Source of the DNA: an uncultured Gemmatimonadaceae bacterium
Lineage (GTDB): Bacteria; Gemmatimonadota; Gemmatimonadetes; Gemmatimonadales; Gemmatimonadaceae
Reading direction: 5' to 3'
Assembly: GCA_963790305.1 (NCBI GenBank)
Contig: CAWBOC010000009.1
Coordinates: 96,001 to 160,000, forward strand
DNA: 64,000 bases
Under the pieces are notes generated by a model. The model saw only the letters and a list, made by a program, of their open reading frames with translations. It was not told the DNA's origin and did no database searches. Shown here piece after piece: positions 20,366 to 30,659 of this stretch (within the stretch, counting starts at the first letter, position 1; each line of letters starts with the position of its first letter). The position numbers and the translations under genes are program-made.

Positions 20366-21716
20366 CCGACCCCCGGCGGGCATTGCCCAGCATCAGCGCT
20401 CTGCTCGAGAGCGACACCGTGCGCCCGCTCCTCGCCTCGGCGCCACGGGAGCTCGTGGTGAACGCCGTGCGCGATGCGGTCGCGGCCGCACGCGATGCGG
20501 TCGATGCTCCGCGTGATGCCGGCGAGTGGGGCGACGGCCATTCGTGACGCCCTCGCAATGCGGCAGCGGCGGTCGCTGCGGCCGGTCATCAATGCCACCG
20601 GCGTCATCCTTCACACGAACCTCGGCCGCGCTCCGCTCGCGACCGCGGCCGTGGAGGCGATTCGAGACGTCGCGGACGGCTATTCCAACCTCGAGTACGA
20701 TCTCGACCGTGGCACGCGCGGGTCGCGCTACGCGCATTGCGTGGGGCTGCTGCGTGAGCTCACTGGCGCCGAGGATGCGCTCGTCGTCAACAACGGCGCC
20801 GCCGCGCTGGTCCTGGCGCTGAATACGCTTGCGGAGGGTCAGCTCGCGATCGTGTCGCGTGGCGAGCTGGTCGAGATCGGGGGCAGCTTCCGCATTCCCG
20901 ACATCATGGCGAAGAGCGGAGCTCGGCTCGCTGAAGTGGGAACCACGAACCGTACGCATCTCGGCGGACTATGAGCGCGCGCTCGTGGGAGGCGGAGTCA
21001 TCGTCAAGATCCACCGGAGCAATTTTGCGCTGCAGGGCTTCGTCGCCGACGTCTCGCTGGGCGAGCTCGCGAACCTCGCGGCGCCCCGTGAGGTGCCTGT
21101 CATCTACGACCTCGGCAGCGGTCTGCTGCTCTCACTCGAGCGCTTCGGCCTAACGGGTGAGCCCATCGCAGCCGACGTCATACGCGACGGGGCGACCGTC
21201 GTCACGATGAGCGGCGACAAGCTCCTCGGTGGACCGCAGGCGGGCATCCTGCTCGGGCGCCGCACCGCCATCGAGCGCATTCGGACGAACCCGCTCACGC
21301 GAGCACTTCGTGTCGACAAGCTCACGCTGGCCGCGCTCGAGGCGACGCTGACACTCTACCGCGAACCCGCGCGCGCATTCCGCGAGATCCCGACCCTCCG
21401 CATGATCTCACACGACGTCGGCGAGCTGCGCGCGCGGGCCCGGTCGATCGCGGAACGGCTGTCGTTGCGAGGCATCGCGTGCGAGGTCGTGGAAACCGAC
21501 GCCAGCATCGGCGGCGGCTCGTTTCCAACGGCGCACATTGCATCCGCGGCCGTCGCCTTGTCTGGAAACCCCGAGTATCTCGACGTTCGCCTCCGCGCCG
21601 CGGACCCTCCCGTGGTCTCCCGCATTCTCGACGGGCGCCTTCTTCTCGATGTCCGCACCGTGCAGCCGGAGCTCGACGAGGAGCTCGCCGGCATTCTCGA
21701 GCGCGCGCTGGCGTGA
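20362..21716 (+). CDS. selA: L-seryl-tRNA(Sec) selenium transferase (two frameshifts near 20530 and 20965)
   Basis: [72 protein letters not shown]. Confidence 0.93.
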
Positions 21717-22285
21717 CGGTCTCGCGCCCCGCTGCGTTCCTCGACCGCGACGGGACGATCATCCACGACGTCGACTACATCTCGCGGCCCGACGATGTTC
21801 AGCTGCTTCCAGGCGCGGCGGAGGCGATACGGTCGCTGAACAATGCCGGCGTTCCCGTCATCGTCGTCTCGAACCAGTCAGGTCTCGGGCGCGGCTATTT
21901 CACCTACGATGATTACGAGCGCGTGCGTGCCCGGATCGAGGAGCTGCTGCATGCCGCTGGGGCGCATGTCGACGCGACATACATTTGTCCCCACCCACCT
22001 ACGACGCCGGCCGCCTGTGCGTGTCGCAAACCGGGCGTCGGCCTCTTCGAGCAGGCAGCGAAGGAGCACGGGCTCGACCTCGCTGGCTCCTGGTACGCTG
22101 GCGACAAATGGCGCGACGTGCAGCCCGGGCTCACGCTGCACGGCCACGGCTTTCTGATACGCGCTCCCTCCACACCTCCCGAGGACCTCCAGCGCGCACA
22201 GAGAAGCGGCATTGTTCGCGACTCACTAACCGATGTCGCCCGGGAGATCATCGCCACCCTTACAGGCGGGCAGAGCACGCGATAA
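21713..22285 (+). CDS. gmhB: D-glycero-D-manno-heptose 1,7-bisphosphate phosphatase (HAD IIIA)
   Basis: FLDRDGTI, SNQSG, CPH..CACRKP, GDK. Confidence 0.8.
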   Translation: MTVSRPAAFLDRDGTIIHDVDYISRPDDVQLLPGAAEAIRSLNNAGVPVIVVSNQSGLGRGYFTYDDYERVRARIEELLHAAGAHVDATYICPHPPTTPAACACRKPGVGLFEQAAKEHGLDLAGSWYAGDKWRDVQPGLTLHGHGFLIRAPSTPPEDLQRAQRSGIVRDSLTDVAREIIATLTGGQSTR

Positions 22286-22296
22286 CATCTGCGCAG

Positions 22297-22989
22297 ATGA
22301 CGGCGCGGATCGCAGTGTTCGCCTCCGGGCGCGGCTCCAACCTGCAGGCCCTGTACACGTATCTCGAGCGTGCTGGTGGCGCCGAGGTGGTGCTCGTCGC
22401 CTCCGATCGCGCCGCGAGCGGAGCGCTCACGTGGGCACGTGACCATGGAATCACCACGTCGACGCTCGGCTCCGGCGGCGATGACGCGAACGCGATCCTT
22501 CAGCTGCTGGCAGCATCACGGGTCGACTGCGTCGTACTGGCCGGCTACCTCCGACTGGTGCCCGCCGAAGTCGTACGGGTGTATCGAGGCCGGATCGTGA
22601 ACGTGCATCCAGCCCTGCTGCCCGCGTTCGGTGGTTCGGGCATGTACGGCGCGCGTGTTCATCGCGCGGTCCTCGCATCGGGCGCCCGGGTGAGCGGGCC
22701 AACCGTGCATTTCGTCGACGAGGTATACGATCACGGCGCGATCATCGCCCAATGGCCAGTTCCGGTTTTCCCCGGTGACACGGAAGCGGCACTCGCCGCG
22801 CGCGTGCTGCGCGCCGAGCATTTGCTGCTGCCGCGCGTGGCACATCTCGTCGCGGTCGGTCGCGTCACCTTGAACGGCGGCTCGCGCGCAACCGCTGGTC
22901 AGTCCCCGCACGAGCGTACTGCCTTTCTCCTTGCCACACCGGAGGATGATGCTCTTGCCGAAAGCATGGCGAGCGCGGTCAACGGCTAG
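22297..22989 (+). CDS. purN: Phosphoribosylglycinamide formyltransferase
   Basis: ASGRGSNLQA, LAGYLRL, NVHPALLP, GPTVHFVDE.YDHG. Confidence 0.95.
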   Translation: MTARIAVFASGRGSNLQALYTYLERAGGAEVVLVASDRAASGALTWARDHGITTSTLGSGGDDANAILQLLAASRVDCVVLAGYLRLVPAEVVRVYRGRIVNVHPALLPAFGGSGMYGARVHRAVLASGARVSGPTVHFVDEVYDHGAIIAQWPVPVFPGDTEAALAARVLRAEHLLLPRVAHLVAVGRVTLNGGSRATAGQSPHERTAFLLATPEDDALAESMASAVNG

Positions 22990-25016
22990 CGCCGTCGCGC
23001 TCCTCATAGTTGCGTCACCGGCGTCGAGTCAGCGCCGTGCGGTCGATGCCATCGCGACCTGGATTGCGCTCGACGCGCCGGTTGGACATGAGCAGCTCGC
23101 GACGGACATCATTCGTCGCGAGCTGCCAGGCTGGTCGCGCGACCGCACGGGCAATCTCCTCATGCGTCGCGGCACGGGAACGCCGCGCAGAGTCGTCGCC
23201 TGCGCGCTCGATCAGGGGGCGTACGTGGTTTCGGCGATTACTCCGAGCGGCTATTTGCGCCTGCACGGCTCGGGAAATCCTCGACGTCATCTGCTGTGGG
23301 ATCAGTTCCACGAGGGCCAACGCGTGCGCGTGCTCACGCGCGCGGGCGCGGTGCAAGGTGTCATCGCGGTTCGCAGCACTCACCTCTGGCGTCGTCGTTC
23401 GGCGGACACACTCATCGCATCCGTCGACGACATGTGGGTCGACGTTGGCGCGCGCAGCCCCGCCGACGTTCGCGCGCGCGGCATCGAGATGCTCGATCCT
23501 GTCGTTCGCGAGTGGCCTTCGTGGCGCTACGGTGAGTTCGTTGCCGGTCCTGGCGCGGCAACGCGCGCCGCGTGCGCCGCGGTGGCGGCCGCTTCGCGGC
23601 AAACACCGGCTGGCGGCGAAACGGTGTACATCCTCGCCGCCCAGTCGGCGTTCAACCACGTGGGACTCGCCGCGGCGCTTGCCGAGCTCGGAAGCGCCGA
23701 CACCGTGACTCTCGTCGATCCGTCGATAGGCGATACGACCGAGACTGTTCAGTCGCGACGCGCCGCCGCCCTTCCCTTCAACCTCCCCGCGGGAGTGCGC
23801 ATTCAGGCAACGATGGTGCTCGGGGCACGCTCGGCATTCCGGGGAACGCTTGCCGAGAGCATCCAGGAAGGCGATGCGCGGGTCCTACTCGGCGAAGTGC
23901 TCGAGGCGGCGGGTGTGAGCGCTACCAATGTGACGTGGCCATTCCTTCGCGGCGCGACGCCGCTCGCGACGATCGCGCCTCGGCGCGATTCACTCACCCC
24001 GGTCGCCGACTTGTTGGGGTTGCTCGCCGATGAGTATGGGGTGTCCGGACACGAGGAGCCGGTGCGCAACGCCGTGCGCAACGCACTTCCTGCGTGGGCT
24101 CGCACGATCGCGCGCGTGGATACGGCCGGCAACCTGATCGTCGCGATAGGCCCGGAGCGTGACACGGTGGTATTCGTCGCGCACCTCGATGAGATCGGCT
24201 TCGAGGTCACGTCGATATCGGCCAATGGTCAGGTTTCGCTGCGCCAACGCGGCGGGTTCTACCCATCACTGTTCGAAGGACAGCCCGCGCTCCTGCATCT
24301 CCCACCGCGACCGCAGGACACCGCGAGCTTCATCCGCGGGGTGTTCGTGCCGCGCAGGACCGTGACGTCGAAGCAGCCGCAAAACCTCACCGCCTGGTTT
24401 GGTGTCGACTCGGCGGCACTCGTCGCCCGCGGCGTGGCCATCGGACGATCGCTGACGAGCTGGAAGCGGTCTGCGCGCCTGGGCGCCACGCAGGTTCACC
24501 GCACGGTCGATCGACGACCGCGCCGGCTCGGCGGCCCTCGTGTTAGCGCTCGCGCGTCTCGACCGCACGCGCCTTCCGCGGAAGGTGATCTTCGTGTGGT
24601 CCGTTCGCGAGGAAACGGCGTTGGCTGGTGCGGCCGCTGCAGCCGCGACGTTCGGTACGAGCGTGACGCGCGTGCACGCCGTCGACACCTTCGTGTCGGC
24701 TGACTCGCCACTCGAGAGCGGACGATTCGCAGTCGCGCCCATTGGGCGAGGTGCCGTCGTGCGCGCTCTCGACAATTCGAGTATCGCTCCGCGACAGGAG
24801 GTCGAGCGGGTGGTCCGCATCGCACAGGAACAACGCATCCCGCTGCAGGTGGGCACGACCAATGGCGGGAACGACGGGTCGGTGTTCACGCGCTATGGCG
24901 TCGTCGACGTCCCGATCTCGTGGCCGCTGCGCTACAGTCACTCTCCGGCGGAGCTCATCGACCTGGGCGACGTGCATGCGCTCGCCCGACTCGTCGCCGC
25001 ACTCGCGCGCAACTAG
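22946..25016 (+). CDS. Secreted M42/M20-family metallopeptidase with tandem duplicated domains (frameshift near 24490)
   Basis: Two M42-like halves; C-terminal half has GVSGHEE, VAHLDEIG, SIDDR, REET, VDT, RYSHSP. Confidence 0.8.
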
Positions 25017-25022
25017 TCGATC

Positions 25023-26558
25023 ATGCCGCGCGCGCTCCTGTCGGTATCGGACAAGAACGGCTTGACCGAGTTCGCTCGCGGGCTCGTCGCTCTCGGGATG
25101 GGAGCTGATCTCGACCGGCGGAACCGCGCGGGCCCTCCGCGAGGCGGGCCTGTCGGCCACCGACGTCGCGAGCGTCACCGGGTTTCCCGGAGATGCTCGA
25201 CGGTCGGGTCAAGACGCTTCATCCCAAGATTCACGGGGCGCTGCTCGCGCGCCGCGACTCGCCAGAGCACATGCGCGCGCTCGCCGAGCACGAGATTCAG
25301 CCGATCGATCTCGTGGCGGTGAATCTGTATCCATTTCGCGAGGCGGTGTCGCGTCCCGACATCGCGCCGGAAGACGCCATCGAGCAGATCGACATCGGCG
25401 GCCCTTCAATGCTCCGCTCGGCAGCGAAGAACTTTGCATCGGTGTACGCGATCGTGGATCCGAGCGACTATGCGCGCGTTCTGGCTGCGCTGGCGGCGGC
25501 GGATGATGACCTCGATCTGCGCCGCCTGCTCGCCGGGAAAGTGTTCGCGCACACTGCCACGTACGATGCGGCAATCTCGGCGTGGTTCGCGGCGCGGCGT
25601 GGCAATGTCTTCCCCGAGCACATGACGCTGGGGCTGCGAGCGCGCGCAGACCCTGCGGTACGGGGAGAATCCAGACCAGCGTGCGGCCTTTTACGTCGAG
25701 CGCTCAGGTGCTGGACTGGCGAGTCTCGAGCAACGCGGCGGCAAGGAGCTTTCGTTCAACAATCTCCTCGATCTCGAGGGCGCGTTGCTCGCGACCGATC
25801 CTTTTGGCGAGCAGGTCGCCTGCGCGATCGTGAAGCATACGACGCCATGCGGGCTGGCGGTGGGGCGCGACGCTCTCGATGCGTATCGTAAGGCGCTCGC
25901 GTGCGATCCCGTATCCGCATTCGGATCGGTGATCTCGCTGACGGTGCCCGTCGAGGAAGCCGCCGCGGAAGCGATCTCGAGCCTGTTCGTGGAATGCATC
26001 GTGGCTCCTGGCTTCTCGGAGGGCGCGGTGGAGATCCTCGGACGCAAGAAGAACCTTCGCGTGCTTCAGGGCACCGCGCCGTGGCCGCGTGCCTCGGCCG
26101 ACCTGAAGCGAGTTCGTGGTGGCTTGCTGGTGCAGGAGCGCCCGGCGGCCATGGGCGCGTACGAGACGTGGCAGGTCGTCACGCGCCGCACTCCGACCGA
26201 TGCCGAGCGTGACGACCTCCTGTTCGCCTGGCGCGCCGTCGCCACCGTCAAGTCCAACGCGATAGTGCTGGCGCGCGACGGCGCGACCATCGGGATCGGG
26301 GCGGGCCAAATGTCCCGCGTGGACGCGTCCTTTCTCGCGGTGCACAAGGCCCGAACCGCGAGCCACGCGACATCTGGCGCGGTGCTGGGTTCGGATGCGT
26401 TCTTTCCGTTCCGCGACGGCGTCGATCAGGCGGCCGAAGCGGGCATCACCGCCATCGTCCAACCCGGCGGCTCCGTTCGCGATGCCGAGGTGATCGCGGC
26501 GGCCGATGAGCACGGGATGGCGATGGTCTTCACCGGGCAGAGGCAGTTCAGACACTGA
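25023..26558 (+). CDS. purH: Bifunctional AICAR transformylase / IMP cyclohydrolase (frameshifted)
   Basis: [66 protein letters not shown]. Confidence 0.95.
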
Positions 26559-26615
26559 GCAGGTGCTCGAGGCACCTGTTCATCGGCATCGATCTCACCA
26601 TGTACTCGAGCCTGG

Positions 26616-27332
26616 ATGCTGACCGTCGTAGCAGTCGCGGCATGCACCGCCGCACCCCGAGAGTCTTCGACTGCTGACACGAGCGCGCGAGCGCAGGAGA
26701 CAGCCATGACGACCTCGACGTCAGAGCAGGGCGCGGGGGGATGGCGCTCGCTGTTCGACGGCGCGACGACGACCGGCTGGCGCGGATACAAAAGCTCCGA
26801 TGTTCCGGACGGCTGGCGCGTCGTCGACGGCGCGCTCACGCGCGTGGGGGCGGGCGGCGACATCATCACCACGGATCAGTTCGGCAATTTCGAGCTCTCG
26901 CTCGAGTGGAAGGTGCAGCCGCGCGGGAACAGTGGCGTGTTCTATCGCGTGACCGAGGAGGGCGACAACACGTACTTCACCGGCCCGGAAATGCAGGTGC
27001 TCGATGATGCCGGTCACGCCGATGGAAAATCCCGCCTAACGTCCGCCGGCGCCAACTATGGCCTGTACCCGGCTCCCACCGGTGTCGTGCGGCCCGCCGG
27101 GCAGTGGAACGAGGCGCGCATTCTGGCCAACGGAGCGCACGTCGAGCATTGGCTCAACGGCACCAGGATGGTCGAGTACGAGCTCTGGAGTCCGGACTGG
27201 GAGAAGCGCGTGCGTGAGAGCAAGTTCGCGGCGTGGCCAAAATATGGGCGGGCCACCCGCGGACATATCGGCTTGCAGGATCACGGGGATACGGTTGCCT
27301 TCCGCAACATCAAAATCCGGGTGCTGCCATGA
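26616..27332 (+). CDS. DUF1080 (3-keto-disaccharide hydrolase-like) lipoprotein
   Basis: [50 protein letters not shown]. Confidence 0.9.
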   Translation: MLTVVAVAACTAAPRESSTADTSARAQETAMTTSTSEQGAGGWRSLFDGATTTGWRGYKSSDVPDGWRVVDGALTRVGAGGDIITTDQFGNFELSLEWKVQPRGNSGVFYRVTEEGDNTYFTGPEMQVLDDAGHADGKSRLTSAGANYGLYPAPTGVVRPAGQWNEARILANGAHVEHWLNGTRMVEYELWSPDWEKRVRESKFAAWPKYGRATRGHIGLQDHGDTVAFRNIKIRVLP

Positions 27333-28590
27333 AGAGTGTGAACGCGCGACTATCGGTCATGATGTTCCTGCAGTTCTTCATCTGGGGCGCCTGGTACACG
27401 ACGATCGCCGTGTACATGACGAGCGAGGGGATGGGAACCCTCACCCATTGGCCGTACACCGTGAACCCGATCGCGGCGATCGCGGCGCCCTTCTTCGTCG
27501 GCCTGGTGGCGGACAGGTTCTTCGCGACCGAGCGCGTCTTCGGCATCCTGCACCTGCTGGGCGGAGTGGTGTTGCTCGCCGCGCCGCAAACCGTTGGCAA
27601 CTCGACGCTTTTCATCGTCATGCTGCTGCTCTACAACCTCTGCTACATGCCGACGATCGCGCTGTCGAATTCCCTGGCGTTTCACAATATCGCCGACCAG
27701 GAAAAGCAGTTTCCGCGAATCCGGGTATGGGGAACGATCGGCTGGATCATCGCCGGATTGTTCATCAGCTTTGGGCTCGCGAAGTTCGTGAGCGGCATCA
27801 AGCCGGAGGAGACGGCCCTGCCGCTCTACACGGCCGGGGTGGCGAGCCTGCTGCTGGCGGCCTTCAGCTTCACGCTTCCGCATACTCCGCCGCCGGCTCG
27901 TGGACAGGCAGTGAGTGCGCGGAGCGTCATTGGACTGGACGCGTTCCAGCAGCTGGGGAGTCGCCCCTTCTACGTCTTCATCATCAGCGCGCTGCTGTTG
28001 TGCATCCCGCTCGCCGCGTACTACAACTTCACGCAGCTCTACCTCGCGACGGCGCGCGTCGAGAACATCGCGGCGACGCAAACGCTGGGGCAGGTGTCGG
28101 AGACGGTCTTCATGTTCCTGATGCCGTTCTTCTTCGTCCGCCTGGGCGTGAAGAAGATGTTGCTGGCCGGCATGGCCTCGTGGGTACTCCGCTACGTCCT
28201 GTTCTCCCTCGGAGCACCCAATGCGGTCTACTGGATGATCGTCGGCGGCATCCTCCTGCACGGGCTCTGCTACGACTTCTTCTTCGTCACCGGCATGATC
28301 TACGTCGACAAGAAATCGACGTCGGCGATTCGCGGGCAGGCACAGGGCTTCTTCGTCTTCGTCACCTACGGCGTTGGGCATGTTGATCGGGGCGCAGGTG
28401 GCGGGGAACGTGTACAACCGCTTCCTCGCCGGGGCACCTGGCGCTGACGCTCGACCAGTGGAAGAGCTTCTGGCTCCTCCCGGCAGGATTCGCGGCAGCG
28501 GTGCTGGTCTTCTTTGCGCTGGCGTTCCACGACCGTGAGGTAGAAGCGAGGCGTCGTGCAGGACTGGCGGCGACGTCGGCTGGTCCGTAA
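27329..28590 (+). CDS. MFS nucleoside:H+ symporter-family permease (frameshift near 28375)
   Basis: MMFLQFFIWGAW, ADRFF, FPRIRVWGTIGWI, HGLCYDFFFVTG. Confidence 0.88.
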
Positions 28591-28595
28591 GTCGG

Positions 28596-28710
28596 GAACG
28601 GCAAAGAGAACAGCAATACAGAATACGGAAACGACCACGGGGAGCCATGACTGGCTCCCCGTCGGTTTTGTCTGAATTCTGAATTCTGCAGGCTGTCATC
28701 TTTGCCGTTC
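28596..28710. repeat. Palindromic element with CAGAATA/TCTGAAT 7-mers and central hairpin ACGGGGAGCCA/TGGCTCCCCGT between convergent genes (likely bidirectional terminator)
   Basis: Outer perfect IR GAACGGCAAAGA/TCTTTGCCGTTC; core hairpin 28637-28662. Confidence 0.8.
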
Positions 28711-28713
28711 GCG

Positions 28714-29955
28714 TTACCCCTTCCATTCTCCTTTCGCGACCTTGGGCACGAACTTGTCGATATCCTTCGGCGGAAACTCCAGAGTCTTTCCGGCCTCCGC
28801 GCTCGCGTACGCCGTCATCAAGACTTTCACCACCTCGAGCCCGTCCTCGAACGTTAGGCGCGCCTTCTCTTTCCCGAGAAAGACGCGCACGAAGTGCCGG
28901 TCCTCGGCCTCGTAGCCATAGGCCGCTGCCTCGCTCGCCACCACCGGCATCAAGCCCATCTCCGCGTTCTGCTTCTCCACGAGGTCCTCACCCTCCTTCC
29001 CGCGCACCTCCCGGCTGAAGAAGAGCTTGAGTCCCGCATCGAGCGAGTTCCACTGCATCGAATACTCGGGGCCGAGCAGCTCCGCCGAGAGCCGAAGCCC
29101 CGCACCGACGAAGCTCCACGATGTCGTCGCTTCACCAAGCACGGTCAGCCCGTCGTCCGTCTCGAATTCAATGTGCACGGCGGCGAAATCTTCCGACGGC
29201 GCTGATGTGTAGTCGACCTCCTTCCCCATCCGCGTTTTCAGGAGCTTCGCGTACTCTGGGCGACTCCACTTCAGGCTCGCAATGTGGCCGGTCACCCGCA
29301 CCGGCTTGACCGAGTTGCGCGGTGCCCCCGGCTTCGTGAGGAGATGCCGGACGACGAGCGCGGAGTGGCACATCATGTCGTTGAGCACACCGCCACCTTG
29401 CAGCGTGCCGCGCCAGAACCAGGGGGCATGCGGCCCACTGTGCTCCTCGGCGGCACGCGCGAGGTACGGACGTCCCGTCGTCGCGGCGCCGCGCGCCCAG
29501 ATCAGCTGATGACCGGTCTCGACCTGCGGAGCGAAGAACTGGTTCTCGAGGTAGCCCGTGGGCACGCCGATGCGCTTGACCAGCTCCATGACCTTCTTCG
29601 CCTCGGCGACGTTCCGCGCCAGCGGCTTCTCGCACGCGATCCCCTTGAGCTTCCCTTTCCCTTTCTCGACCGCGGTGACGATCTCCTCGACGTTCTCGAG
29701 TCGCGCGTGGTTCGGCCCCGACAGCCAGATCGCGTCGATGGCGGGATCCACGACCATATCGGTGATGGTCTTGTAGGGCTTCGCGTCGCCGATGTCGAGC
29801 TCGCGCGCGAGCTTCGCGGCACCAGCGGCGTTCTTCGCGTTCGGGCTCCAGATGCCGCGAACATCCCCGTCGCGCACGGTGGTCCACCCGCGCAGGTGAA
29901 ACTTGGTGTTGAAGCCGCTGCCGACGAACCCGACACCGAGACGCTCCCCACTCAT
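28714..29955 (-). CDS. Gfo/Idh/MocA family oxidoreductase
   Basis: VGFVGSGF Rossmann motif, ACEKPLA, GGGVLNDMMCH. Confidence 0.9.
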   Translation of the reverse strand: MSGERLGVGFVGSGFNTKFHLRGWTTVRDGDVRGIWSPNAKNAAGAAKLARELDIGDAKPYKTITDMVVDPAIDAIWLSGPNHARLENVEEIVTAVEKGKGKLKGIACEKPLARNVAEAKKVMELVKRIGVPTGYLENQFFAPQVETGHQLIWARGAATTGRPYLARAAEEHSGPHAPWFWRGTLQGGGVLNDMMCHSALVVRHLLTKPGAPRNSVKPVRVTGHIASLKWSRPEYAKLLKTRMGKEVDYTSAPSEDFAAVHIEFETDDGLTVLGEATTSWSFVGAGLRLSAELLGPEYSMQWNSLDAGLKLFFSREVRGKEGEDLVEKQNAEMGLMPVVASEAAAYGYEAEDRHFVRVFLGKEKARLTFEDGLEVVKVLMTAYASAEAGKTLEFPPKDIDKFVPKVAKGEWKG

Positions 29956-30659
29956 TGTGTATCCGCCTTGTTCATAAGGTCGTAGCTCACGCCAAGCTTG
30001 CGAAGCGCTGGCTCCGGGCACCCTGCCCACGCCGGCAAGCCAGCATTCCCCTGATACTGGAGATCCTTGACCCCGATGGCGCTCGAGAAGAACCCGGCCG
30101 CCACCATGTCGCGGAAGCGCATGAAGAACGCGGATCCGGGGAGAAACTCGGGTCGCACCCGATCCGGGTACGCAATGTCATCGAGGATCTGGTGGCGCTG
30201 GGCCGCGGTCGCCGCGGCGTACGCGACGCCAAACCGACGCCGGCTCTCCGTGTCCATCCACCGCAGACCACCCCGCCACTGGATGCGGATCTCGACCGAG
30301 GTCTCGGGACTGGCGAGGTTGTGATTGAGAAACGCTACCACACCGGCCTCGGTAGCACTGCCGGAGCGCGCATCGCGTGGGATGACGTCATCGGCCAGCA
30401 CGCGCACGGTGCGAGTCTCGCGCGCGGTAAAAAACGTATTCTGTCTCGGGGCCCGCGGCGGGCGCTTGGTGTCCGTCGCCGGCTGGTTAGGCGCTTCGTG
30501 CGTCTGACGCGGAGCCTGCTGCCCTTGCTGTTGCTGTTGCCACACGAGGGCCCCCGCGAGCGGGACCGCCCCGAGCACCTTCAGCGCCGCTCGCCTGCTC
30601 AGCTCTGGCGGCTGCGGGTTCGGCGCCTCCTCACCATCGCGCTCAGTCTCGTCGGTCAT
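29952..30659 (-). CDS. Gluconate 2-dehydrogenase subunit 3 family protein, Tat-exported
   Basis: SRRAALK twin-arginine, LADDVIP.D..SGSATEAGV, GFFSSAIGVKDLQYQGN. Confidence 0.85.
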   Translation of the reverse strand: MTDETERDGEEAPNPQPPELSRRAALKVLGAVPLAGALVWQQQQQGQQAPRQTHEAPNQPATDTKRPPRAPRQNTFFTARETRTVRVLADDVIPRDARSGSATEAGVVAFLNHNLASPETSVEIRIQWRGGLRWMDTESRRRFGVAYAAATAAQRHQILDDIAYPDRVRPEFLPGSAFFMRFRDMVAAGFFSSAIGVKDLQYQGNAGLPAWAGCPEPALRKLGVSYDLMNKADTQ

